Positions 11,924 to 23,929 of a stretch of DNA of 64,000 bases are shown here, piece by piece. The DNA is from Xylographa opegraphella (lineage: Eukaryota), in the NCBI GenBank assembly GCA_022813865.1, contig JALDZX010000011.1, positions 310,001-374,000 on the forward strand. The letters run 5' to 3'. Positions within the stretch are counted from its first letter, which is position 1. Every line of letters starts with the position of its first letter. Position numbers and translations under genes: made by a program. Below the pieces are notes generated by a model. It did no database searches, was not told where the DNA came from, and saw only the letters and a list, made by a program, of their open reading frames with translations.

Positions 11924-14601
11924 GTATATTGCGTGTACCAAGTTCATTGAATAGGAGCGGGTCCAAGATCTACTCAACGGCTAGAGATTCCGGATGAATT
12001 CTGATTCGACATTGCAAGAAAGGCTCACAACATGATGCATATGATTTTTCAATCGCTTTTGATTGATCTGACGGCGTCTTATCATGAGGAAGCCCGTCTC
12101 CATATCGAGCTCGTCTACTATATCAGTTCGTTACAGTCGATAATCTTAACTCATCGACTTCTGCAACATATTTCGGGCCGTAAAGACGGATGAAATGCCG
12201 GTGGTCGACCCTTCCACCAGAAGACATCATCGCTGACGACCAGCAAGAGCCCGTCTTTCTTGCAATAGCCAGACAGAGTCTCGCGCCACTTGTCTAGTTT
12301 CATTTGCAATGTTGGGATCTTGTGAGGATAAGGATACACTGAAGCTGGTTCGGAAGCCGGATCTACTATACAACATTACCACCTGTATTAGTGTCGCCAC
12401 TTTTACACTTTTGTTACAGTATCTGTTCGAGGGATTCTCGGATATCAACGGGCACAGAGCGTCTATAATGGCGGCATCGAAATATGTCAAGGTCTCGTCG
12501 AAACTTAAAGCCTTCAGTATATCATCAAGCACTCGTGGACAACAAAGGAGAGTCGCCGACAGCCTATCAACTTCTATAGGTGATTTCTGTCGTTCATTCA
12601 TCGTGATTCCAACTTAGGACTATCAAGCCGAGGCCCGAACTACTAAACCAGTCGTATCTCTGTACAATAGTCAAGCCTGACTGAACTTCGTCAGTCCGCA
12701 TGAATATTAGGAGCACGAAGACGTTTCAAGAAACGGTGCGCAAGATACATTCCAATATTCAAGAAGTTACAGGGATTTTGATCTGCAATGCGTTAGAGAA
12801 AGGTGCTATGCTTCTGCTGGCACTTCTCATAGCGGCCGAGCAATGTACTAGGCAGTCCCAAGCCATCGTTCCTTCCCCTATGTGAGGTGTGGCACGCGAC
12901 AGCTCCCAGTCATCAGTTAAAGCAGCAGTACTTCGCGCACGTGTCTTCTATCTACATCGTAAGTCCTTTGGAGGTCGTTTGTCCCCTTCGACGTTCGTCT
13001 CACTTTTCAGCGATCAGGGAATTGTCTCTTGCTTTAAATCGGCCAAGATCTGCTGATATAATTTTCAGTTGTGATGCGGCGCTTACAGTACGTTGACGAC
13101 GGGGTGGCCTTCAGTCATCATTTGGGGAGTCAATCTTACCAGTGCTTTAGATGAGCTTCTGCGGGAAGGGTAGAAGCAAGATATATATTCTCGTACGATA
13201 GAAATATTGTCTTAACACTATAAAGTCAGAGATACCCAGCTTTCCGTGCTTCTGAACGAAGGCAATGCTCAGGTATACGGACTTCTACAGCGTGAGCTTA
13301 TCCTTTGATTATTACATATCGATGCGCTTATGCTTGTCTCTCATGATAACTACACCCGAGGACATCGTTTGTTAGTGTAGTGTGAAACTTATGGTACAAG
13401 TGTAAAAGCTCATTTAGATCTATCTCAACGTCCATCAAGAGCATCAAATATCAAGAAAAAGTAATCGAGATGTCCTACCCAGTCGGTTCAAGATTCTCAT
13501 TTCTCTTCCGGTGGCCAGATCATTGATGGCTCTCCTTTTTGACCCGTCGAATATCCTCCGGCTTTGTTTAGGAGAGCTTCTCACCAGCGCTTGTAGCTCT
13601 GTTAGGCATAAGCCCAAAGGATCTTCCAAGGAGCGCAAAATATGAATGCAATTCAATAGCTTAATGCATCTACGCGGTTCCAAACACTCCGTCGCACGGG
13701 AGCTGCACCCGACTGTGTATCATCCCAGATCATCACCCGCGCAATTGGTGTAAATTCCTGAGTATCACATAGACAATCCCTTCCGCGTTTAACATACATA
13801 CTGTTAATAAATCCCTCCACACCCACACACTCGTTGCACCAGAAGAGCCCTCATAGATAGGTATTGCCCTCTTCGATCGACCCGACAACACCCCCCCCCA
13901 TCGTGATACCCTCTCCTGGCCATACATAGTACACATTCTGCGAACTGCCCGAAGAGGAAACTAGCGGATGAGACATCTTCTCCTACCATGGAAGGGGCGC
14001 GAAAGCCGGTGAAAGCGGCTGTAGAGTCTAGGTGGGCGGAAGAAGGCGAATGAATGATAGGCCCGAATGCGCGACGGGGAGATTGTGATTGTCGAGGAGA
14101 TGGACGGGGTGGTGCGGGGCCGGGCGGGTTCTTTGGACGCGTCGATGGCGGTTGGTGGTGTGGTTGTCGGGTGCTGGGAGTGTTGGGTGGGTGGAGGGTG
14201 TAGATGGATGGACAGGACGGAGCGGAGCGGAGGTGAGGGAAAGAGCAATACCACAACTTCTTCGATAAAGCGGCCAGATCTCAAGGACGGAATTTCATCA
14301 CGAACGCGAGTATCCCATCAATCACATTCCGCACAGTTTGGTCCAGTGAATTAGTTCTAGTATACATTCGATGCACACGGTCACTGAAGCACCTCACTCA
14401 AAAATCCTCTACGAGCCAATCGCCCAGCGAAACAGCCTCATTTTCTAGCGACAAATACATCATAGCTCATTTGCTTTCAAGACGAGGGGAAAAATACACT
14501 CAACTCCGCTCGCAGATGCCACAACATATGCATCCCGCCGTTGCCCTATGCGCGCCTCGAAATGCTGCTTGCATGATAAACTCGACTAGGAGCTGTTCCG
14601 T

Positions 14602-16195
14602 CTAGTATTTGTTCTTGCGGTGTCTGTGACCCCATCCGTGATGGAAGCCGGTGTTGGTGGTAGCGACAGTGGAGGTGGTCACCGGAGCGGCTGCGATGCC
14701 GGACGGCATGGCGGTGCCCGTGGTGTTGGTCGTTGTGGTGCCGTTGAGGGTGATGACGCAGCTGGTGGCCGCGCCGTTGCCGTCGACTTGGCAGACGACG
14801 GGTTGGAAGGCAGCAGGTGGGCACCCGAGCTGCGTGAGCGACATGAGGTAACGCTCACACAAAAAGGTGAAGAGGTTGTTGCCCACGTTGGCGGCAGGTG
14901 TGCCTTGGTTGATGAAAACGTTCTGGAAGCCGGCGAAGAACGGAGGGCCGCCAGCGACCATGTTGTTGCAATACGGAACAAGCGCGCCGGTTACACCAGT
15001 TGGGTCGACAGTGGCGGCAGCATTGCCCGAAAGAATGGGTTGATTGACACCGAGACGGTAAGCATTTGTCTTCTGTGGTGACACAGTGCCTGCCCCGGTA
15101 AGGAGACAATCAGGGTCATTAAGAGGCTGTTGAGATATGTTAGCTCACCTTCCGTAGGCGCATGATGAGTCGAACACGTACCACTAGACCGATAGGGGCG
15201 GCTTGAAGTTGGTTCGCTTGAATCTCGGAAAGCGCAAGAGCACTAGACATTACGCCTGGGTTGTCGAGGCTTGGGGCCTGGAAAGGTGTGCAACCAATGA
15301 GGGGGTCAATAATGCTAGCGAGTAGCGCCTCGTCGGAAGCATTGTTGATGACTGTGGCGTTCGCGTTCGCTGCCCGATTGGCGACCGTGTCCTGCGAAGT
15401 TTGGCGTGTTACGGGATTGAGAAGGTATTGGGTTGGAACGTTATCCGAAGGGCAGGCATCCGTAATCTCGAACGAGCGACTGGTAGGGCAAGGATTGCCC
15501 AGCGTGTCCGTTCCAAGTGGTGGTATAACCGTCAATCCTGCTGCGATGGCTTTATTGGCAGCAGCGAAGAATGCTTGTGCATTACACCAGCTCACTTGTC
15601 CAAAGACATCGCCAGCAACGCCCTAAAATAAGAAGTTAATGTGGTATCCTTATCAACACTGACAGATTCAATCACGTACGGGAAGACCATTGACACAATT
15701 GGCATTCTTTAGTGTTGGTGATGTGTTCGTTGTCAAGCCATTTGCGTCCTGCAATTGTAGAACACCACCATTGAAACCAAACCACAGTGCCATCATGGCA
15801 TTGGGTGGTAAATTTGGAACGACGTTGGGAGCGAGAGGCGTCGTTCCAGCATCGATAATTAGAGGATGGTAGATGGAGAGCGCACCAGTGGCAGGGTCGA
15901 GAATTGCAGCTTCTGCGAACGACTGCTGTCCGTTGACTGATTGCGAGCATGGCGGTTGCAGGATAAACGGCGTGGCAAGACCTTCAGCGCTGAGCGGATT
16001 GGCAGGCAGAGTGACGAAGCAGTTTACAACGGTAGCATTAAGAGCCACGGTAGGAGCTGCATTGACTGCGGTAGCTGCGGCTGTCAAAGAAACTGATTGA
16101 GTTCGAGTTGCTTTCAAGCCCCAGGCACGAGGAACATTCTCGGCATGAGCAAAGGCAGCGGTAGATAGCACTGCGGCAATGATAGAAACCTTCAT
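14602..16195 (-). CDS. Secreted Cys-containing uncharacterised protein with Thr-rich linker and His/basic tail
   Basis: Signal peptide MKVSIIAAVLSTAAFAHA. Introns 15623-15679 and 15127-15181 join three ORFs in frame. Conserved-looking motifs PANPLSAEGLATPF, LWFGFNG, CVNG...FGQVSWCNA, KTNAYRLGVNQP. Confidence 0.85.
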
Positions 16196-18158
16196 CGTGC
16201 TGGAAGGCGGAGGATAGATCCAAGGCAAGCCGATTCTGATATCAGATGAAAGGAATGTAAGAAGTGATCTTGGCACCGAGATTGAAAGTGGTGACCCAGC
16301 ACAAAAGGATAGATAAACGAGTGTGAATTGAAGTAGTGTCTAAAGAGCAGACGCCAGCGCGATTGATAAGAGAAAGGCTTGAGCAGTGAAGACCAACAGC
16401 ATGACGAGTGCGAGAGCAATGGAGGTATATAGGTCACAGGTGCGGGATTGCATTACACGTTCGGTTTCGCAATGGGGGCATCCTGACCGATGGCCCTCTA
16501 CAGGAAATGAGAGCCAGGGGCGAGAGAAGGTGAGCAAGCCAGGCACATGGGGACGGAATGAGAAACACTGAAACGATACAGAGCCTGAAGCCGCCAGCGT
16601 AGAGGTTTGGAAATCACGAAGGAGGCCTAGCGCAGTCAATGCAGAGTGCTCAGAACGGGCAGGGTAGCGGCAGTCATCATTCATGCACCGACAGGTAGAA
16701 GCCAGAGGGCCTCAAGTCAGCCACTGATCCGATCTAGATGCACCAAGGCTCAGTGCACGACAAGGTGCCATCATCCCCCACCCACTGCCCCGAGGCGACT
16801 GGATCGGTGAACAAGCTTCTGCGGATTGTGCGAGACGGGCAGGGCGGGAAGAGGCGGAATGCCAACTGCGTTCGCTTATCTGATCCTTCTCCTGTTTCAT
16901 CGTGATGGATGCATGAAAACAGCGTTTTGGCGGCTCCTAGGGGTTTCTGATAGAGGATATTGAGGCTTCGGATGTGGAAGATACCGCGACCAGTGTTCAA
17001 TAGGCCGTCGAAGTCTTCTCCGCGACCTCTCGAAGTCGTGACGTGCTATCGGCTTGCTCTACCTCCGTACAGCAGCGTTGAAAGGATTTGTTCGTCTGTC
17101 GTCTAGCGTCTAGTGCTTCGGGTGGCAAATGAGCTAGCTGAGCGCTGAAACCGGAAGAACTTTGTCCCCAAGGCGAGTGTAACTCTGAAGCACCGCCCGC
17201 CCATCGTCGTTCATGCAAACCTCCTTCAGACGTCTAATCTGATCCTCATCCAGCTTTTCATTCATCAATCCCATTCCAGCGAAGGATCGGATTTCATCGC
17301 GTCTCAGTAATCTAATCAGGGCTTCAGGCGCCGCCAACGTTCATGCCAAGCAAGCTGTTCAGCCCCACCCTCCGAATACTCCACTCTCGCAACGCACGAC
17401 GCACGATGCCCACATGGTCCATCGAGTTTCATTTCCCGCGATGTGATAGTGCTCATGCCGGCATCGCCTGTTCCTTCCTCTCACTGCCATGCTTATGACA
17501 GGCGAATCCTTCGAGGTGAGTAGTATCTCAGCATCCGACCTTCACCCAGGAGCTCTGTAGGGTAGGATGTGTAATTTTGTTCGCCATTGTAGCTGTCGCA
17601 GTCAATGCGGAAGATCAACCCGGCTCATAGGAATATATGCCTCAAAATCCAACACAAGCGGGACTTGCTGGGAATCATGTCAGCTCTCACGACTGCGTTG
17701 TGATTCGTGTATGTCGTCGACGACGCCGCTCCAGCGTCCGTCGGTGTCGGTCTGGGCTGTGCCATTGACCTATGGTCGTCAGCTCCAACGCCAGTCTTCT
17801 GATTCGTGTGAGCACCCGATGACGAGGTCTACCATTTGGTGGTCCGAGTCCTCAGATGGTCGCAGTCTCCAGCATGTGTGCTCTACATAGCCTCTATCGC
17901 CCAAAAAGCTTGATTAGGTGATGCTCCGTACATGATCACCGTCATCAGACGTCATCTTGTGAAAGAACAGAATTACGCTCGAGACACATGTTCAGAGGTC
18001 AGGTGAATTCGTATACTTCAACGTTCTCAATCAGATGTGATGCATGTTTAAAATATACGGTCCTACCACCTTCATAGTAAGCTTTATGACCAGATACTGA
18101 GAGTCGACCTCGATTATGCACAACAGATTTTCACTCGTCGGTGAGAACATGCTGGAAC

Positions 18159-19910
18159 CTATTGTGCTTTCTTCTCGCTCGGTTGTTTGGCGTCTGTGAA
18201 CATATGCTGTTTACTCGCAACCACCATTAATTTGCACAGAACCCACAAGACGCCTGACACAACGACGATTACCGTGCCGATTTCAATCCAGGTATTATAG
18301 ACAGTTGCCAAGACTGGCACTGACAGTCGTTCCACGAGACCGTCAATATCGTTGTATTTATGAGGCGCAGGATCGAGATGGTAGAACATGGTTTTTGGTC
18401 CAAACAAACCATCGTACCCTAGGTTTGTTCTGTCAAAAGGATTGACACTCATCTTACTGCCTTCTTCGGCCGTACAGGCCCAGAAGACTACGGGCCAAGG
18501 AATATCTACAGACGCGAAACCAGACTCGGACGGCTTCAAGTAGCGGAGATGTAGTGGAATATCTGCATACCATGAGTCCTGTGCTGTAGACGATCCAAAA
18601 TCCGGAGGCGCGAGCTCGATAAGCATTGCTGAGCCCCATCTCTCTACGACCCAGTCGGGAGCTTCAAGGTCGGTTTCGCCAGATACTGATCGCACCGATC
18701 GGAGGTTTTTGGATGCTAGAAAGAGTGGAGATGATAATTGATATTTGTCAGGGAACAAAGTGGACGGAAGAGTTAGATAGGCATGAAGGGCACAATTCTC
18801 CGATGGAGGTTCTATGCTTGACGGTGCGAAGTTCAAGCCGAGAGTTGGATGAAGACCTGTAGGAAAATGAAACCGGGCCTCATACTGTGACAGCGAAGTT
18901 TTGGGATTCTTGTGGTGCCGAGCTGGGAATGAGAATAACGTTGGACCTAGGGTTTGCAAAGATTAGATATCGTCATATTTGATTGATCAAACCACCTACT
19001 GGGCTTATCGTCTTCACCAACGATGGTCAGGAAACCTCCGAGCGACAACTCTTCCGGTTCTGTCGGTTTCTCGGTTGCGAGCACACCCACTTCGACTTTG
19101 ACAGCTCCATCAAAATTGTTGAATCGTTCGGTCCAGCCGATTTGACCAGGAGGTTCACCATGAAACGTGCTGATGGTGAGGGCCTGAGATATAGTGTCAA
19201 AGTCTATGTCGACATAATCTGCCGACCCAAGACTATTAGCCATAGCATAGCATGTGTCGCCATAGGTCGCGCATATCTTCGCTCTCACGTATGTGACCAG
19301 TTGGTGCACAGACGGGAGCAGTTGATAATACTGGAATGTTGCGGAAGAGGTGAATCGTTCCGAGGTCACCGGAAGCGTTGTAAAAGTCCTCTATAATCCC
19401 AGAGTGAACACAATCGCTAATAAGCTCTTCATTATGGAAACATACCTCTGGAGAGACGCATTTAAGATCTCCGCCAAAGAGCTTCTGCAGCAGGGGACAT
19501 AACAAATCACTTCTCTATCTCAGTGACATGCATGAAAAAAATCCAATCAAGTCGATTTCAACATACGCAGGACGATTTCTTTGAGGCGTATAGAAGAGAT
19601 GGAAACCAGGAGAGACTCTGGCGTTGAAAGGCGAAACAGATGCATATGATTTCAACGAGGTCCACCTTATATGAAGTTCATGGCATTGCTTAAGGACACG
19701 CCATATCTACTGACGCGTATCAACAAAACTATTCATGTAAATCAAGCATGTCTATCTTACTTCTTGAGGTAATTCTTCAAAGCTGAACGTGATGCGATCC
19801 TCTCGAGCCGCCTTCAGAGACTTGATGTACAGGCTGTCATTCTGGACCTCCAGTTGGCTGGGATCAAAGTCGTCCTCAGCACCATGTACGAATGTTATTC
19901 TCTCCCTCAT
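18159..19910 (-). CDS. PBN1: PBN1 / PIG-X, GPI mannosyltransferase I subunit
   Basis: MRERITFVHG...AAREDRITF; PTGLHPTL; LTLPSTLFPDKYQL; SGETDLEAPDW..WGS; PLHLRY; IPWPVVFWAC; NPFDR.NLGYDGLFGP; C-terminal TM helix with KKAQ ER-retrieval-like end. Multi-exon. Confidence 0.93.
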
Positions 19911-20179
19911 TGATTCAGATGTTAGAACAACGAGATCTATGGACAAAAATTGTCGTTTCAATCACGTTTCCAAATACCTGCCCATCACGCCTCGTAGGGC
20001 TGCATGTCCGCCTCAACGAAGTCATTGGTGGATTTGAAGCCCGGCCTTGGCTCTTCTTTTCCCTTTGCTGAACGTGGCCTCGTCAACAAACGTAATGCTC
20101 ACTCAACGGCGGATCGTCTCACTTAATAACAATACTGTAGCTGTAACACGTATCCTCCATCAAGGCTTTGAGTTTCGAT

Positions 20180-21200
20180 ATGAAGATTTCAGGATTTCTA
20201 TACACAATCCTACTCCTGATTACATTTCACTCTGACAAGATCCAAGCTGCCCGCAAGCCGGGCGACAGTGTGCTTCTCTCCAATGTAAAGACTCTGACAG
20301 TGCGTAAGGACCTGAAGACGAGCCACCGACGTGTATCGGCTGTTCCACAGGTAAGATACCTGACGTCGATGCCGAAAACAAATTACTAACCCCAAGTTGC
20401 AGCTAAAATGTGTCGGTGGAAATGCCAAAGGTCTCTACGATGTTGATGTTATGAGATGCAAGAACCAAGGATCTGATTACGATGACGAAAATATTCAATG
20501 GACATGTACAGCTTCCCTACCAGAGGAGTTCAAGCTCGGCTCGACGGATGTGATCTGTGAAGGCTATGAATCTGCAACAGATCCCTACGTTTTGAAGGGA
20601 AGCTGTGGAGTAGAATACCGACTGATGCTTACGAGTCAAGGCGAGGAGCAGTATGGTCGAAGGGAAAGTAGCCTTCTCGGCGGCTACAAAGGAAAAGGAT
20701 ATATAAAATGGCCTGGTATTATTTTCTGGGGCATTTTCATATCCGTGGTTGGCTGGATGATATATGCGGCCTTCATTCGAGATCGACAAAGGGGATTAGT
20801 GAGGGGAGGCGGCAATAATCCTTGGGGTTGGGGAGGAGGAGGTGGTGGCGGTCCAGGCGGAGATGATCCACCACCACCGTATGATTACCACCCGAAAGCG
20901 TCAACTAGCCGAGCTCAACCTGCGTCTGGTCAGGGAGCGTGGAGACCTGGGTTCTGGACAGGAGCGCTTGGCGGAGCCGCAGCCGGCTATATGGCTGGAA
21001 ATCGACCGCAGACACAAAGGAACCAGGGGGTCTGGGGAAACCAGCAAACAGGAGGCTTCTGGAATAACAACGGCAATAGTAATGGCGAGGGCAGCTCAAG
21101 ATTTGGGACCGGGAACACAAGACCATCCGCGTCGTCTTCGTCCTCTTTCTCTTCGACACGGCATGAGAGCTCCGGATTCGGTTCCACCAGCAGGAGATGA
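20180..21200 (+). CDS. SARAF: SARAF/TMEM66 homolog (DUF1183)
   Basis: Signal peptide, then VLLSNVKTLT...T.HRRVSAVPQLKCVGG, C.NQGSD...QW.C.A.LP...KLG.TDV.CEGY...DPYVLKGSCG.EY.L; TM helix; PGFWTG; GFGSTSRR end. Intron 20351-20402. Confidence 0.92.
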
Positions 21201-21474
21201 CGAATGGCCTATAATTTGGAGTTTATACCCTACAGAATTTTGATCTTGATGACTTTTGTGCAACAGGTGCCAAAACTGCAACAGCCAATGACTGTACTTC
21301 ATATTTGAACGTGGCATTGTTACATGCGTCATGTGAGTTCCTGTCTGTGCAACACCTTGCATCAGAAAATGCCCCGCTATGCCCCACCATATCCAGATGA
21401 AATGGAACACTATGTCTTTTTTTGCAGCTTCCTTTCATCTCATTCCGATTGAATATTGTTGATCTTCGTGAAAA

Positions 21475-22175
21475 ATGGCGGAAATCTACTATGAGCCTTC
21501 GGGCTGCAATTGTGATGGTATCTGCCTGATCTCATATCCAATGTACAGAGCTTTTGTTTACACGAATAAAGGGACGGACTACGGCAAAGCCGACATCAAC
21601 GCCGCGGCCAGCAAAGCCCTCGAGCTTGCTTCTCAAGGCCAGACTCTAGGTTAGGACTTATATCGAGCTTGATTTCTGGCTCACGTTTTTTGTGTCTAAG
21701 TGTTTTATGCTGATCGTTCGTGATGAAAAGGACGTGACAAGTATCCACATGGTCAGTCTTCGCCGGGTATGCAGGCGTTATTCCGCTCATTTGTCTGCAG
21801 TCTACAACGACTACGAACATTTCACATTCAGTCATGCCCTGGTTTGTGCACACCTTTCTCTTCCTTGCTTTCCCAAGACCATGGATGCCATAGTATCTCA
21901 TTTTTTTATCATAGAAACCATACCTTGAGTTCCCCATTATGTCCGGCGAGGTGTACGATGGGTCCTCGCCAGGTGCGGATCGAGTTGTTATCGGCAGCAT
22001 AGCCCAGGACTACAACAGTGCCGTCTATTGCGCCGTCATTACTCATGATGGCGAGAAACGTAATGGCTTTGCTGAATGCGCGGACGACACCCTCAACCCA
22101 AGAGGAAAAGGCGAATACAAAGCCGGTGGCAAGGAGCGCAAGCTTTTGCAAAAGATCGACATGAAATCCAACTGA
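21475..22175 (+). CDS. RNase T1/N1-family guanyl-specific ribonuclease-like protein, 147 aa, five exons, no evident signal peptide
   Basis: Exons 21475-21517, 21572-21649, 21731-21751, 21801-21841 and 21915-22175 splice in frame to MAEIYYEPSGCNCDGTDYGKADINAAASKALELASQGQTLGRDKYPHVYNDYEHFTFSHALKPYLEFPIMSGEVYDGSSPGADRVVIG...YCAVITHDG..NGFAEC. YPH, YLEFPI, GADRVV and ITHxG correspond to RNase T1 His40, Glu58, Arg77 and His92. Confidence 0.85.
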
Positions 22176-23036
22176 TCATGAATGCTGAGGTTGAATTAGA
22201 GTTCACTTAGATGAGCTATAGCAGACGGTGGATACGACCCGCGATAACTTAAAGTGGGAACATATCGCTCCATCTCTCCAACATTCTATTTGTGATCCGT
22301 TTCGTTTACCTATCTGCTGTTCGAGTGTGGTTCATTTCGTTGGTTTGTCTACAGTTCGAGGGGTTTCTAGTATCATTCTCACACATTTTCGCCTTATTGA
22401 TTTAGAATACTGGTTGATATCTCTTTTCTGGACCGTGGCTCTCGGTTCATTTCGGGTCTATCCTAATAGCAATTATCTTACGGGTCAAGAACCATACCTC
22501 ACATTCGCTGATTACGTACCACTACCACTTATCCGCCGGTAGGTTGCAAGCGATTTTTAATTCTGCTCAGCACACCATCATTTGAGCTTGGCTGTCTTCC
22601 AAGAGCTTCATGAGCAATCACAGACCTTGACCGTCGATTATGCTAGCCTTGAAAAGGACGTCACAAATCACAACAAAGAACAGCGACGACCTATTCAGTC
22701 AGACTGAATCAAGACAGAGCCGTCCACAAGCCACGAGGATTGCCCCGGCAGAGGATGAGCCACACCAAACACAGAAACCGCTCATATATTCGTTATCATT
22801 CGTTCACAACCACAACCACCCATTGCCTTCCTTCCCCTACCAAGCCCAGTACATTCTCATTGGCCTCCTTCTACCTATCCCGCATAAACACCACACCCGT
22901 CCAACCCCCCCTTCGCGTATGTTACCCCATCCACCCCTCCAACTGACCGCGCCATCACCACAATCCACACCCTCCCATAATCACCAGCACAACCGCACAC
23001 CCCTCTCGGCCCCCAACTCTCTCCCCATATCTCACC

Positions 23037-23339
23037 ATGTGCCACGACCACTACACCATCCACGAGTGCAAGCACCTCTCGCTCGACCACCGCCGCGAGT
23101 GCTTCTGGCCCGGCTCCTTCCACTGCCGCATCAGCGAACCGCAGTACCGCCCCGTCCGCCGCCTGTGCCGGCCCTGCGCGCTCTACCTCACGGCGCAGCA
23201 CTGCGGCTCGCTGACGGGCTTCCACACGCCCTCGGGCCCGGAGGCGTCGTGGTACTGGCCGCGCGGAAGATCTTGGAGCTCTAGAGCCTATACGCGGGAC
23301 CGGTACTGGAATTCATGGGATAGGGGGCGAAGGGGTTAA
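23037..23339 (+). CDS. Small Cys/His-rich hypothetical protein (MCxxxY..CxH...CxxC type)
   Basis: Good start context (CACCATG), strongly C/G-ending codons, and the pattern MCHDHYTIHECKH...C...C...CRPC, typical of small fungal putative zinc-binding proteins. Confidence 0.55.
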   Translation: MCHDHYTIHECKHLSLDHRRECFWPGSFHCRISEPQYRPVRRLCRPCALYLTAQHCGSLTGFHTPSGPEASWYWPRGRSWSSRAYTRDRYWNSWDRGRRG

Positions 23340-23929
23340 GTGGGAGGGCGGGTTGCGGGGTGTGGTGAGGAGAAGTCTAGTAGATAGGGGATGGGAGGAA
23401 CGATAAGTTTGGCATTTAGGAGCGGAAAGGGGCGCCCTACGGGGCGAGAGAGGGGGGGAGTTTCCGTCCAAAGACATGAGGTGTAGCGCAAGTTAGTTCT
23501 GAGATCCAGCAATGTTGAGGGCTCACTTCGGGACATCAGCACCAGACATGAGCAACGCGGTATGTTACGTGCGATGCACGATGACAAAACTAGCTGGATG
23601 CTGTGAGGCCAAAACTTGCTAGAAATCTCTATTCTAAAGTGGCCACAGCCATGAAAGGGGTATGATGGCGCCCAGGTGAGAAGCAAAAGGGGGAATATGT
23701 GCCAAGTACCCAAATGACACGGCGCTTTCCAATTCGCTCCCAACAAAATCCGCCAACCAAAATCTCAGACTCCATCCGTATTAACCAAGACGGACCCTGA
23801 GTCATCCATCGCTATCCGTCAAAAGACAGACAAGTCGCTCGTACCTCCCTATTATAACCTCCGCTTTTTCCGTCGTAGTCGTCGTGAAGTCATCGTCACA
23901 CAGTTGTTCTCGGGGAGATACTGGGTATG

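Noticed and set aside
12150..13200. Protein-like fragments on the minus strand (ORFs 12227-12601 and 12151-12339), possibly a decayed gene
   Set aside because: Multiple stops and frame changes, no recognisable motif, and no consistent splice model.
13804..14354. Overlapping Pro-rich and Gly-rich ORFs
   Set aside because: Explained by G/C strand skew; no convincing start, motif or splice structure.
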